NCBI GenBank assembly: GCA_951406725.2
Contig: OX597814.1
Coordinates: 77,004,001-77,068,000 of the forward strand
Reading direction: 5' to 3'
DNA: 64,000 nt
From: Octopus vulgaris
Taxonomy: Eukaryota
The position numbers were made by a program, and so were the translations under genes. Positions 1 through 13,261 of this stretch are shown in pieces (the stretch's first letter is position 1; every line of letters starts with the position of its first letter). Under the pieces are notes generated by a model, which had not been told where the DNA came from, searched no databases, and saw only the letters and a list, made by a program, of their open reading frames with translations.

Positions 1-199
1 ATTTTCAACGAGATATTTATATCTGCAGGGCAACTAACCTCTGTTATGCTAACCGGCTTGTTATGCTAAACGGCCTGTTATGCTTACATTTGACAGAAGT
101 TTTGATGGAAATAATCCACCAGTATTCCTTGAGTTGGTGTTTATGAATGTATTCCATAACGGAGGGGTTTTCTAAGTTTATTTCAAGACAGTGTTTTTG

Positions 200-660
200 C
201 GGATGGCCTTTCAAATTGTTTTAGCAACAACATCGTGCTGCATAGGAAGACATTTTAGGACAGCTGCTAATCACACGCGTAATGTCTTCCACAAAAACAT
301 AACATAGCCTACACATGCGGTTGCACCTTACTTGCAGATTTGTATGGTTTTGTTTTATCTATGTATTCTCATGCATATAGTTGCATATCTAGACATGCTC
401 ATATACCTTTAAATGAGAAACTTCTGGAAAGTTTTACAGATTTTTACAGTTCCAGTGATAGTTTGAATCTGTATTCTTCGAATTAGCTTTCTCCTTTCTG
501 GTTTGGAGAAGCCAAATTTCTCAAGATTGGTATTTAGGCAGTATGTTATACAGCCCAGGGCCCCAATAATTACAGGTATAAACCTGAACTTGTAGTTTGG
601 ATAGAATAACTGCAGATTTCTCAATAGTGCAGCGTAGGTATTCTCTTTTTCATTGATGTA
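200..660 (-). mobile_element. Two fragments of an RLE-type non-LTR retrotransposon (R4/Dong/NeSL-like): endonuclease C-terminus and CCHC zinc-knuckle region
   Basis: Minus strand 660-409 reads KENTYAALLRNLQLFYPNYKFRFIPVIIGALG...KTFQKFLI*, resembling the RLE K..KY..L / P.IIGALG tail. Minus strand about 330-220 reads CRLC..VEDITRVISSCPKM..QHDVVAKTI, resembling a CCHC finger. Confidence 0.7.
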
Positions 661-734
661 TGTATGTATGTATGTATGTATGTATTTTTATTAATATTTA
701 GCAGACGCAAGGGGTGTGTGTTTCGAGTGTGTGT

Positions 735-822
735 TTCGTGCGTGGTGGAACTGAATCCAGAAACCTTGTTAGTGGTCGATGGAAAGAAGCCCGTCGTGTG
801 TGTGTGTATGTGAGAGAGAGAG

Positions 823-863
<41 letters not shown>

Positions 864-1092
864 GTGTGTGTATGTGTGTGTGGTGTGTCTACGTGCATTT
901 GCCTTTTTGTATGTGCTTGTCTAATACTACCGCTTGACGACCGGTGTTGGTTTGTTTACGTCAGATAGAATAAGTACCAAGCTTTAAAAATAAGCACTGG
1001 AGTCTATTTGTTGAATTAAACCCTTCAAAGCGGAGCCCCAATATGGCTGCAGTCAATGACTGAAACAAGTAAATGATAAAAGATAAAAGATA
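735..1092 (+). mobile_element. Degenerate, 5'-truncated tRNA-derived SINE with internal (TG)n
   Basis: Matches the 3' half of the SINEs at 20523-20943 and 28948-29354 (gaagcc..., gatagaataagtac..., gcagtcaatgactgaaacaagtaa, AAAAGAT-type tail). Confidence 0.75.
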
Positions 1093-1662
1093 GCCAAGTA
1101 AACCAAGTACATCAATAATAGTTGTTTCCAAACATTTTTCTTTTTTGCTGATTTTAAAAGTAATTTCAGACAGGTGATCGTTATAACTGCATGTTATTTT
1201 TTCTCCAAACATTAAACATACTATACTTGCGTTTGGTTTTACTGGAAATGTTCCATCAATACTCTTTGCATTGAATATATTAATATGTATGTATGCATAT
1301 ATTCAACGACAAAAAAGTAATTTCTATATTTATTTCTGTGCAGGTCTTTCTATAAGATAGCAACAGCATTATGTTGCTTTGCGATATAGTACCTTAATCT
1401 CATTTTGTAGACATCTTTCAGAGACTTGCAGCGTATTCGAAATTTTCGGTCATATCTTGGTGTTTAAAACTTCGTTTTCTCTTTTGTTTGTTTAATATTT
1501 TGTGGCTGTCTTCTATATTTTGATCGCAAAAGTCTAGTTTTCAAAATGTGACTTAATCTACCGGTTTCGATTCCAAGAGAAGCTATACTTCCTGTCTGTT
1601 AGAACCCCCAAAATTTTTTGAAAAGAATACATGTACTTGGTGCTTCTTTTCTTTCTTGCATA

Positions 1663-1704
<42 letters not shown>

Positions 1705-1980
1705 GATATGCGGGGCTTTTCTTTTCTAGTTCTTTGTTGAAGAACTCTAGCCTAGCAATTACGAAGTCACACGGTTGAGCAACGGGAAGGAAGTACTTCT
1801 TGAGGTATTCTCTACCAACTCGAACATTGTTCTTTTCACGTTGAGGCACTAGGTTGATGCATTTATTTTTGCTGTTTAGTATATACTATTTGTGTATTAC
1901 TATATGACATACAAAAGGCGTATGGATTGGTGTTAAGCACTTCCCCATTCTTTTCTTGTGAGATATTACTATTTCTGCAA

Positions 1981-2190
1981 GGCGTCGAACTGGCAGAATT
2001 ATTAGCTAGCCAGACTAAATGCTTAGCGACATCTTCACGATCTGAGCTCAAATTCCACCGAGGTTGATTTTACCTTTCATCATTTCGTGGTCGATAAAAT
2101 AAGTACCAGGGGTCTTATTGGGGTCTATGTAATCGACTTACTTACCCGAAATTGCTGGCCTTGTACCAAAATTTGAAATCAATATTACTA
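1981..2190 (+). mobile_element. tRNA-derived SINE, second family
   Basis: A-box-like TGGCAGAATT and B-box-like GAGCTCAAATTCC, then the core ccgaggttgattttacctttcatcatttcgtggtcgataaaataagtaccag and an AT-rich tail. Confidence 0.65.
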
Positions 2191-2279
2191 TTTATGTAGA
2201 ATTTTCAAGTTGTTGCCAAACGTATATATGTGTGTATGTTAAATGTATGTATATACATACATATGTATGTATAGTTATA

Positions 2280-3113
2280 TAGCGCGGGGAATGAGATACT
2301 CCATAGCTTTCATGAAAGCATGTCCAGGCGGAGGTTACTTGATATCAAACTCAATGTGTCGGGCTATTTAGAGAATCTGCAGAGCTCCCTGAAAATCATG
2401 ATTCCTCCACATTTCCCTGCCAGATATCTCACCAAGATTAGACTCTGGATTATGCTAATAGAGTGGAGCGGGTCTATTTGGTGTTTATGAAAAACTTAAG
2501 GGACCTAAACTCTGTACAGTTATTACTTAGCTTCTTTCTTTTTTCATAAAGTCCTCCAGCATCGGTAACATGTGTAGACTTGACGGGTTGGTAGTACGTA
2601 GTCACTGCTCAGCACATACGTGGCATATCTTTCACAAAACATTAACTCTTTAATGTCCATGAGTGTGGTGAACTCTCTAGTGCTTCTTTATTACGATAAT
2701 GTATAAACTGGGCGGCAGTTGTAGAGTACTTACAAGAAGACCTTTCTAGCGACATCAAGCTGCTACTGAAGCAAATGAATTTAAGAAACTCTGTCAGTTC
2801 ATGAGGTAAACAAAGTGTCAGCATCGGTTTCTATATTTTCTAAGATTCACTCCATTCTTTTTTTCTTCATTAAATCAACAGTAATTGAGCACTTTTCTGA
2901 AATATTAAGCTTTAAGTATGTTATGGTTGATGACACCATTGAACAAAGATCTGTCATTGCCTCCATGGACATAGAATCCTAAGTTGTGGAGGTAGCGAAG
3001 GCAATAAGAAAATTGAGTTTACTCAAATATGGAATCCGTGCTGTGATTTTGCACTTTGGTGACAATCGTATCATATGAAGTCCATATCAGCTTATTAGTG
3101 TAACATGGAGAAA
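2280..3113 (-). mobile_element. Highly decayed non-LTR retrotransposon segment, probably continuing at 4351-4570 beyond the mariner
   Basis: Minus-strand reading RYLAGKCGGIMI resembles the LYLP..EGGLG motif after the RT domain of R2/R4-group elements. Many stops, so evidence is weak. Confidence 0.3.
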
Positions 3114-3115
3114 TA

Positions 3116-4348
3116 CAAGTGTGAGCTGAAAAGTTCATCGGCTAACTATGAAAAAGTGAGGCTAGAGCAGCGACATCATGCAGGCACTAATTTCAACCAT
3201 TCTTATTAATAATTGCATTGTTTATTTCCAGGTAAACTGACGTTTGACTGTTCAAATAAGACTTCATATGTAACTAGTAGCTATTTCACTTGAAATTCGA
3301 CAAAATTTGGTATCGTTGTGTTATAAAGTACCTTCAGAAAAACGGATTAGCCCTAAAGGACATTCATGCTGACATGGTTACTACATTAGGAGATGATGAT
3401 CCAGCCTTATCAACAATGAAAAAGTGGGCAACTGAATTTAGAAGTGAAAGAGAGTCTTAAAGATGTCCCAACGTTTGGATGTCCTGCAACAGCCACCACC
3501 GAGGGAAACATCGATCGTGTTCACCATATGGTGATGGATGACAGACGACTGACTACAAATCAAACAGCCAATGCTATTAGCATATCCTTCAAGAGAGTTG
3601 AGAATATTTTGCTCTATGAACTTGGCATGATGAAGGTTTCTACTCAGTAGCTGCCGCACCTGACACCTGATCAAAAATGCACCATGCTGATCACATCACG
3701 GGAAAGTCTGACATTGTTTCAGACAGGTCCAGCTGGTTTCCTTGAACATTTCCTAACCCATGATGAGCGTTGACTTCATCACTTTGAGCCTGAAACAAAA
3801 AGACAATCCATGCAGTGCAAATACCTCTTCTCACTAGTTCCAAAGAAGGCCAAGGTGATTGCTCTAGTTTTGGGGGTGCAAAAAGCATTGTGTTTATTGA
3901 CTATCTTAAAAAGGTCCACACCATTAATGGAGAATACTAATGCCAACTTGCTGAGGCAGTTACGAAAAATTATCAAGACCAAACGCCCAGGGAAACTGAC
4001 GAAAGGTGGGGGGGGTCTTGTTTCATCAGAACAATGGCTGCTGTACGTGACAATGGCTTTGAACTGGTTGATCGCTCTTCCTATTCTCCTGATTTGGCCT
4101 CATCTAATTATCATCTGTTCCCCAACATGAAAAAATACTGGAACCAGTGTCGCAGTGATGATGACATCTTATCTGCTGTTGATGTCTTTTTTTGACCAAC
4201 AGGATGAAAGCTTCTTCAATGGGATCCAAGCACTGCAACACCGATGGAAGAAGTATGTGAAGAGAGACTATGTTGAAAAATAAGCCTCATTTGATCACAT
4301 TCCATGAGAGTATCTCGGTCAGGTTATAGACTTTTCAACCGATCCTCG
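3116..4348 (+). mobile_element. Full-length but decayed mariner (Tc1/mariner) DNA transposon
   Basis: About 1.23 kb, flanked by TA (3114-3115, 4349-4350). Imperfect TIRs: caagtgtgagctgaaaagttc vs reverse complement cgaggatcggttgaaaagtct. Transposase remnants include DKIWYRCVIKYL, KKWATEFRS, NIDRVHHMVMDDRRLTT, PYSPDLASSNYHLFPNMKK and the terminal YVEK*. Multiple stops and frameshifts. Confidence 0.92.
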
Positions 4349-4949
4349 TATTTCTGTCCCAAAGACCGGAAAGATGCAATAATATTTTCTCTTTATAAGA
4401 GTTACTAATTCCTAAATAGTCTCCTTGCTTTCTTCGAAACCATTAATGTCTAGCATTGGTAAATATCAATCGACATAAAGCTCAAATGAAAGTGGAGCAT
4501 TATTTTCCTTATAGAGAGTGGAATATGAGGTTTCGAGCTGTTGTTATATGTGTGGAAGCGAGAGAATTAGGAGAGAAGACTAACATTAAAATGTTGATTT
4601 ACTAAGGAAACGGATGGTTCAGCAAAAATGTTGATGTGGTGTAATAGGGTGAGAAGTGAAAAGGGAGGAGAAGAAGGAAAAGAAGCAGAAAGCTGGATAT
4701 GAAACTGAAAGAAAAAAATACCATAAATAACTAAAAATAGAGGTGCGGACGCAATGACATTAAAATAGCGAGGGGAATAAAACATATATTGTGCTTATTT
4801 TCAGTAACTGGGCTGCAGCCATGTTGGGACAAACACAAAATATACACACCTAGATACACGCATACACACACATATATACACACATAGATACACGCATACA
4901 CACACACATATATACACACATAGATATTTGTGTATATATATATACATAT

Positions 4950-5034
4950 ACTGCTATTGTTCCTGAAAGTTGTTTTTTATATTTACTACAGATTGCTTGA
5001 AACTAACTTTCTTCCTACACCTCGATCCTTCGAT

Positions 5035-5083
<49 letters not shown>

Positions 5084-5781
5084 GGTTAAAAAGACTTATT
5101 TCAAGCTTACATATAAATGATTTTTTCTTATTGATGACAGTGTTCTTCATCCCTGGGGCTTCAGATTTGATATATGCTAAAATTTTGTCCTTATTATGTA
5201 CAATCGTCGATAAAGTTGTCCGACTCATCCCAAAAGATCGTGTAATTGCTTTTAATTTTTTACCTTTTTCATGCCGTTTTATCATAGCCAGTTTATCTTA
5301 AGAGCCATGGGGACAAAAAAAAAACAAAGTCACAAATGAATTAGAATGAGAAAGTAGCCGATAAACAGACGTAAACAAAATTTAATTCAAAACAATTGCG
5401 GGAATCATGAGTGACAAAGGCGCCTAACGTTAGATATTGGAACTACAGTGTAATATGAGCTCTGAAAGACCAATAAATAAGACAACATAGCTGATTTAAT
5501 GATTTCGTTCACTAAGCTACACTACTTTATGGTGCATATCTTACATTTACTGTACGCATTTTAATATGATTTTATATGCTTTTATTCTTATTTATTGTAC
5601 AGTAACATGGTTTTATGTGCTTTTAGCGGTTTTCTAGGGATTTTACGATTCCAATATTTGTGGCAGACAGATATAAAGTCGAGTAAAATGACTTAACTTG
5701 ATTTTTATTTTTCCATATATTACTTTTGAAAACCGACGTATAATCTAGAACGACTGAAATCGAAAAAAAGCCGAGGTATGC

Positions 5782-5784
<3 letters not shown>
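4950..5784 (-). mobile_element. Tigger/pogo-like DNA transposon, 5' part with N-terminal HTH of the transposase
   Basis: Minus strand starts TA|CAGGCATACCTCGG, a Tigger1-type TIR, at 5784. ORF 4986-5285 (MIKRHEKGKKLKAITRSFGMSRTTLSTIVHNKDKI) is CENP-B/psq HTH-like and is interrupted by (TA)n. Confidence 0.85.
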
Positions 5785-5855
<71 letters not shown>

Positions 5856-5989
5856 GGTAATGGTGACATTGAGACCCAAAGGTGTCAGATAATGCTGAAT
5901 AAGTGCTATAGACAGCCCATAGTTAAGTTTCAAGTTCGGTAATTTTGCGAATAAGGGGTTCAGCGTTGGTCATATGTCAGCGTGTGTAC

Positions 5990-6103
5990 ATAAGAAATTT
6001 TTGCGCAATGCGATAAAAAAAACCAAGGCTGTGTAGATATTATAACATTTGAATGTTATAATATCTACACAGCCTTGGTTTTTATCTCATTGCGCAAAAA
6101 ATT

Positions 6104-6108
<5 letters not shown>
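5990..6108. repeat. Fold-back inverted repeat made of a Penelope-like 3' terminus
   Basis: Arms of about 58 bp (taagaaatttttgcgcaatg...tataacatt / aatgttata...cattgcgcaaaaaattctta) with a 2-nt loop at 6050-6051. The right arm resembles the element end at 30524-30580. Confidence 0.85.
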
Positions 6109-6141
<33 letters not shown>

Positions 6142-6740
6142 AACAGACAGACAGATAGACAGACAGATAGATAAATAGATAGATATAGTAAAGTATAGTG
6201 GAGTAAGTAAAGAAACACATGAAAATGAATAAAATCAATACTTAAAAGAATGACGTACATAAATGTATTTGGATAACACTACGTATGCTGTGATAACTTC
6301 AGCTTAGAAGCATATCATTATTTACCAGTTTTAAACGTAACAACCCGAACAATTGGGAGATTACATGTAACGTATTGCGTTATGCTGTGAAATTTGCCCG
6401 TCCATACGTGGTTGCTAGTACGATGTTACGTCACAATAAAATCTCTCAATGAAGCCTTTCTAGATACTCCATAAAACCCTGATTTATTATTGTATTACGC
6501 CATGCCTAAACTTCCATATCAGATTGGATAATATTAGATTCGCAATACACTTTCATGTACGCATTCGTCGCTAACTAAATGGATTGTTTTATCTGTTGAC
6601 TTGTGTCATACTGTCTAGCCATCAAAAGTGGCTGCTTCACATTGATCTACCTCGATCTGTTCAATAGATCTCCATTGAATCATATGGATCTTCTCGTCGT
6701 GATCGACAAATGAGAGTTCCGTAAAGTAAAACAGTTATCA

Positions 6741-9700
6741 TGTTCTATGGACACGAATGTGTCTCTTGGGACCTGATATCAATCATACGCGAGAGATGAC
6801 CTGACCATCTAAACTGTATTTTGATGGGGATGGCTTCATGTGCGAGAGTACGACGTCCCCTGGCGAGAATGGACGGGACCACTACATATAATAGTAGCGG
6901 TCTAAGTAAGGGAGGTAGCCAACCTGCATCGGAGGACTTTCAGCCCGAGACCTATGGACAACTTCCAGAGGTTCCTGGCTTGGCTGTGCTTCCGAAGTGT
7001 CTTGCCAAATCGGGATAAACTCGCGAGGCACGACGTCTCGGATTCGCCTAGGTGCCCGCGTTGCGGACAGAGCAACGAAACTGTTCTGCATGCAATCGTG
7101 CAGTGTCCGAGTCTCTCGGATCTGTGGGTTTCTAACGAACGGGTATTGTCACAGCTGGGGAGAGTACAGCCGTCAGCCGAGGCGATTATTAAGATCGTTC
7201 CGCCGTCTTCTCTAAAAGGAGAAAAGAATTTCTGCTTTCTAGCCGTCATAGCTATAGCGAAAGAGGTGATATGGAAGACGCGTGGAAGAGGTATCACATC
7301 AGGCACCTTCGTCTCCGGGCGTGCTTTGGTTAACCTCTTTTTATATTACTTAAGAGGGAAAGCACGTCTGGAGAAGAAATGCCTGGTGTCAAAAAAAGTG
7401 CGAAAAAAGATGGAAGAAAGTAGTCCGAATGTTGGGTATGTATGTTGGGTATTAAGCTGGAGGACGAAGTAAAGGGTTCAACGCAGAAATGTGGTTGGTG
7501 GGGGTCAAACCCATTCCGTGTCCATTCATCCTTTCATCTTCACTCGCAATTATAATGTTTTTATTCACTATATGTAATCTCACCCAACAAGTCCCTGACC
7601 CCTATTTGTCCCGTGTATTGTTCCCTCTTTCTTTAAGCCCTGTGATTTCAATAAAATCATCGTGCTAGTTACACAGTTCGTGTGTTGATAGTTTAAAGTT
7701 GGAGTTCAAAGCTCACAGTTCGAGTTAGCGTGTTGGATTGTTGGTTCTTAAAAGATTGTTGCTAAGTTCCGTGTGGTTGCTGCCGTTTGTTTCAATTATA
7801 TTGTTATTACACTGCTGCTGTGTATTCGTTTATCCATAATGATATAACATCTGGCGACGAGAATCGTTCGAAACTCACAGTGGTTATTTTGACAATTTCT
7901 GCGTTATGGAAAACCTATTAGCCACAGTAGCACAGGTTCAAGAGAAGCAACAAGAACAACTACAGGAGTTGCAAAACAAATACTACAACAACAACAATTA
8001 ACTAAGTTACTGTCGGCGAAGTTCGAAAATCCAGTAAGCTCGTTTACGCTAGATGGCGTAGCTAACAGGATTTCTGAATTTACGTATAATCGGGAGGAAG
8101 GTGTTACGGTTCCCGCGTATTATGGCAGATACAGGAAATTTTTAGCAATGAGTGCAAGTCATGGAGTAGAAAGTAAGGCTTTTACTTTGCAAGGTAGCTC
8201 TTGCCGAACATGAGCTCTATTGTAACTTTATTCTGCCCAAAACGTCGTGTGAAATTGCTTTCCAAGAAACCGTGGAGCTGCTTTCAATTTTTTTAATGAT
8301 AGAAGTTTATAATTCAACACCAGAATAGAGTGTTGGAACTTAACAAAAGCATTTTATCACTAACGCCGGAGTGGTCAACCGTGTGTGCGAAATTTCCAAT
8401 TCCTGGATCTCACTCAAGATATGTTCAAATTACTTATCTTCGTGCAATGACTTACAGCACTAGAAGATAGAGAAATTCGGGCAAGGATTCTCTCGAAAAT
8501 GGAGCTAGTGAACAAGGATTTATTTCTATAGACCATCGCAGAAGAATGTCAGACTATGGTAAATTTTAAACATGATGTGAAAAAAATACAAGATAAAGAC
8601 TTTGCAAAAATTCAAATGTGTCGTCCCTGGAAACAATAAAAAAAAGTGTCAGGCCCCCAAGCCTACACTACAAAAATGATTGTCCGTTTAAAAACAAAAA
8701 GTGCTATAGTTGTCAGAAGCTGGGACACAGGAGTTCTCTTTGTAGAACAAGACTACAAGGTAAAGTACAAAAAGTTCTAAGGTGTTTTCAGCAGAAAGCG
8801 ATTGCGACGGAAAAAAATAAGAAAATTCATGCACGTAAAAATAAATGATGTGAATACCAAATTACAGTTAGACACAGGTAGTGACATCTCGATTATAAAT
8901 GCAGATACTTGGGAAAAATTGGTAAACTGAGATTACGTAAAACAGTGAAAATAGCGCGTGATGTAACGGACGATAAATTACCTTTCATAGGCAAAACATG
9001 TATCGACGTTACATTTCGAGCAGAGACACGCGAAGCAAAATTATTCGTTGTGGATAATACAATCAATGTATTTGGTACAGATCGGTTAGGGCTATTCCAT
9101 TTATGGCACTTCTTCATAAATCTTCACTGCAAGAACATAAATGGTTGTCCCATTAAAAACAAGTCTTCGGAAGAACTGAAAAAAAAAACTGGAAAAAAAT
9201 GTTCTCGCAAGTGTTATCAGAGGATTTATGTCTATGTAGAAAGGCGGAAACCAATTTCCAAGTAAGTGAAAACGCTGTGTATGTATTGAAAGCAAACAGA
9301 AAAGTACCGTTCACGGCAACTGAAACCATAAATGAAGAGTTGGACAGACTCGAAAAATGTGGAGTCGTCAATAAGATGGATTACTCGAAGTGGGCGGCAC
9401 CCACGGTATGTATTACGCTGTGTGCCGATTTCTCTACAGGATTGAACGACTGCTTAAAAGCATACAATCATCCACTTTCGACTACAGAGGACATTTTTTT
9501 CAGAATTAAATGGTGGAAAATTGTTTTCCAAGTTAGATCTGTCCGAAGCCTATTTACAGATAAAAGTAAATGAAAAATTCTCAAAACATTTGACAATAAA
9601 TACACACAGAGGATTGTACTGATACACACGATTGCCTTTTGGATTAAAAGTGGCACCAGCAATATTCCAGCAAATCACGGACACTATGTTATCTGATTGT

Positions 9701-11787
9701 GAATTTGCGATCCCGTGCTTGGACGGTATCTTGATCAAGAGTAATTCTCGTGAACAGCATGTGAAACACATAAAAGCTGTATTTAAGAAAATGAAAGTTT
9801 TCGGGTTCACTTTGAGTGAAGAAAAATGCGAATTCTTTCTACCCCAAATTAAGTACTTAGGGCAAGTAATTGATAAAAGTGGTACACTTCCTGACCCATC
9901 AAAGGCAGACACAATAAGGAATATGCCTGCCCCGACAAATATTCCAACTTTACAAGCATTTTTTGGGGTTGGCAAACTATTATTAAAGCTACATTCCTAA
10001 TATGCACAAGTTAAGAGCTCCATTGAATGGCTTATTAAAAAATGGAGTAAAGTGGAATTGGTTCGCCAAATGCCAGAACACTTTTGAAGAAATAAAAAAA
10101 AAATAATCTCAGCCCTGTCGTTAGCACATTACAATCCCGAAATGTCTATCATCGGAGCGTCTAATGCTTCCGAACACGAATTAGGTGCAATTCTATTTCA
10201 TAAACTCGAAGACGGAAGTACAAAACCAGTGTTTCATGTTTCACGCTCGCTAATAGTGGCAGAGAAGAGATATAGTCAAATTGAAAAGGAAGCCCTTGCC
10301 ATTACTTTTGAAGTTAAAATTTTTCACATGTTTCTGCATGGCAGAAGTTTTTTTATTGCAAACAAACCATAGACCTTTATACGTCTAAAAAAGTGTTACT
10401 GATTCATACTGCGAACCGTCTGCAACGTTAGGGTGTAATAATACTAAAATATAATTTCAAAATGTAATACATTCTATCGAAAAAAATCGATTATGCGGAC
10501 TGACTTTCGAGATTAATTCCAAAAAATATGGAACCATTAGAAGTGACTGTTATAGTCCCACTGCAGGTAGAAAGCGAAATTAAAAGTCTTATGACAACGT
10601 TACACAAGAACTACCAAGAATGCACAGGATATAAGAATGAGAGCTGTAGGTGATGAGTATATTACGAAAATAAAAGAAGCTTTAAAAAATAAACAGACTA
10701 AAAACTCAGATGCCAGCAGTTTTTCAATTTGCGACGATATTCTGATATATACCCAAAGGGTGGTGGTTACAGCCACATTACAAAAAGGTGTATTGCAACA
10801 ATTTCACAGCGGACATCCAGAAATGGCAAGGATGAGGGCTCTGATGGGGAGTTATGTTTATTGGCCGTCTATGGACAGTGGTATCGGAAACTTAGCGAGA
10901 ACGAGCCGAGGTTGCGCGCTCGCAGCCGAAGCCTCACCCGTAAAATATCATGGTCTAGGTTACACATCGACTATGCCGGACCGGTAAACGGTGCTTTCTA
11001 CCTAATTGTAGTAGATAGCTGTGCTAAGTTACCGGAGGTTTGCTGGTGTTATAGACCAGCCTCTAAGACAACTATAAAGTTCTTATACGAATTGTTTGCA
11101 CGATACGGTGTCCCTGACACGCTAGTTTCAGATAACGGAACAAACGCAGTTCTCTGAGTATGAATTCAAGAACTTTTGTAAAAGGCATGCAATAAAGCAC
11201 ATTTTCATTCCACCCTACCACCGGAGGTCAAACGAGCAGATAGAAAGATTTGTGGACACTTTTAAAAGAGCGTCAAGAAAAGCGAGAAATCAATTAAGTA
11301 ACGACGAAGCACTGACAAATTTCTTAAAAATATACAGAATGACAACCAATCCAAGTACAAATTCAAGGAAGTCTCCCGCAGAATTGATGTTCGCAAGAAG
11401 GATAAAATCCATTTTTGATAAGATATTGCCAGAGAAAAAAAGAGGTAAAAGAAATATGAAAGAGCCAACGAAATACGAGATGGGTGATAAAGTGCATATC
11501 AAAGCCTATAGAATCGGTAAAGAAGGCTGGGAAGATGGCCTTGTTACCAGAAAAATTGTAGTATGATGTATCTAATTAAAGGGTCACACGGTGAACATAA
11601 GAGACATATAAAGCAACTAAGGAAGAGGCGTACCCAAGATCGGGAAGAAATAACCATGGAAGTATTCTTTAAAATATTCGATGTACCGGTATCAAAAGTT
11701 ATGTGTTAGTTCTATCCAATAGAACTAACACGAAAAAAAGAAAGCAGACGGAACACTTTCAGATAATGCCCAAGCGAAAGAGACATG
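6741..11787 (+). mobile_element. Decayed Ty3/Gypsy LTR retrotransposon (5' LTR, PBS, gag, PR-RT-RNaseH-IN); 3' LTR not seen
   Basis: LTR end ...TAACA at 7849, PBS TGGCGACGAG at 7852-7861, gag from 7906 with zinc knuckle CYSCQKLGHRSSLC, protease QLDTGSDIS. RT motifs WAAP, LCADFS, LPFGLKVAPAIFQ, KIKYLG. RNase H YSQIEKEALAI. Integrase H..HP..ARM, WSRLHIDYAGP, VSDNG, SPAELMF. Many stops. The 5' LTR start TGTT at 6741 is inferred. Confidence 0.93.
6822..7658 (+). mobile_element. 3' fragment of a Tx1/L1-clade LINE (zf-RVT region and 3' UTR)
   Basis: ORF 6954-7472 contains DNFQRFLAWLCF..VLP.RDKL...CPRCGQSNETVLHAIVQCP....W, the CCHC finger typical of L1/Tx1. It ends with AATAAA near 7650. Confidence 0.85.
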
Positions 11788-12235
11788 GTTGGCATCCTTT
11801 CTGTCTCGGGAGACAATGGAGTTGCGCATAGAGTAGTCTAGTCCGGCTTTTATATTTCATGTCCTGATACATTTCCTGCTGTGGCTGTGTAGTCCTATCC
11901 TGGACAAACACTTCCTCTGGCAGGTACCGCAAATGTAGCGAAGACTGTTCCTGGCTGGTTGTAATGCCATAGTCTCTTGTTGACGTCTCTTCTTTTCTTT
12001 CCATTTCTCCTCTCTCTCTCTGTCACTCCTTTGTATTCCCTCTTTTACGGTACGTCGCCATTCTCCACGGTTGCCGGCAACTGCCTCCCAACCGCTAATA
12101 TTGATGTTGCAGGCCTTCATGTCCGTTTTGCAAACATCCTTGTAACGTAAGATCGGTCTACCCACAGACCTAGTACCCCTAGCAAGCTCTCCGTAGAGTA
12201 TGTCCTTGGGGATTCTGCCATCTTTCATACGGCTA
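11788..12235 (-). mobile_element. 3' end of an RTE-clade LINE
   Basis: ORF 11857-12228 reads RMKDGRIPKDILYGEL..G.R..GRPILRYKDVCK...W.R.V..G...C.TC.R.C.SRIGLHSHSR, the canonical RTE C-terminus. It abuts the 3' end of the Gypsy element. Confidence 0.92.
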
Positions 12236-12673
12236 CCTTTGTCTCTCTATCTCTCTATCTCTCCCCTCTCTCTCTCTCTCTCTCTATCATAAGCACAATC
12301 AAACACACAGACACAAACCTGTCACTCCACCACCACTAGTTGTATTTTGCATTGATCCCCCCACACAAACAATCACACACACATAGACACGACTGCAGTT
12401 ATATACATACACACACATAGGCACTCAATCTCATTGGCAAAAGCAAACAACAACGCAATCACCATACATACGACTTGCACTCTGTCACCCCCCTATTCTT
12501 AGTACTTGCCCCTTCCAACCATTCTTGAACTCTTGAACTTTTTAGAATCTTATCCATCCAACCAATTTTGACGTCACTGCTTGTAACGGAATATTTTAAA
12601 GAAACACTCATTATTACTATGGACTCCGTGTGGGCAGTCATCTAAAAGCTTTTGTTCGTCATGATGCTGACAT

Positions 12674-12746
12674 ATGATGAGAAGACGGCATAATACACCC
12701 TTTATTCCTTCGGAATTAAGAATATGCAGTCTTCGAAACATGTGTC
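12674..12746 (+). ncRNA. Degenerate hammerhead-ribozyme-like motif with long stem II
   Basis: (A)TGATGA, then GAAGACggCATA...TATGCaGTCTTC as stem II, then GAAA, CATGTG and TC. C3 is mutated and stem I is not evident. Confidence 0.45.
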
Positions 12747-12945
12747 GAGAATAAAGGAATTTTGTTAAATCGTCGTTCGACTCCATTCTTTCATTTATCT
12801 ATAGTAAAAAAACACACAAATTTCCACACGAAAGCACGTGATTTCTGCCCTTGGCAAGTAGCTTCGACCGTTCTTTCTGACGTAAATTTGATACCCGGGT
12901 ATCGTTTAACCGAATTATCCATACTCGGATAATTCATTCAACTAC

Positions 12946-12978
<33 letters not shown>

Positions 12979-13207
12979 CATATAAATTAGAGAAATACCA
13001 GTATTATGCAATTTAAACAATGCTACACATAAACCAAATCAGAAATAAAAAATAAAAAATATTTTTTTAAACATATAACTAGATCACAAAAATGCAAAAA
13101 TGAATAATCAATATATAATAAGTAAGAAAAACTATGTACGTTTCCTGGCTATAATTAAGTTTGAATTACAATTAAATTTAAACTTGAAATATACTCCCTA
13201 TTATTAT

Positions 13208-13261
<54 letters not shown>

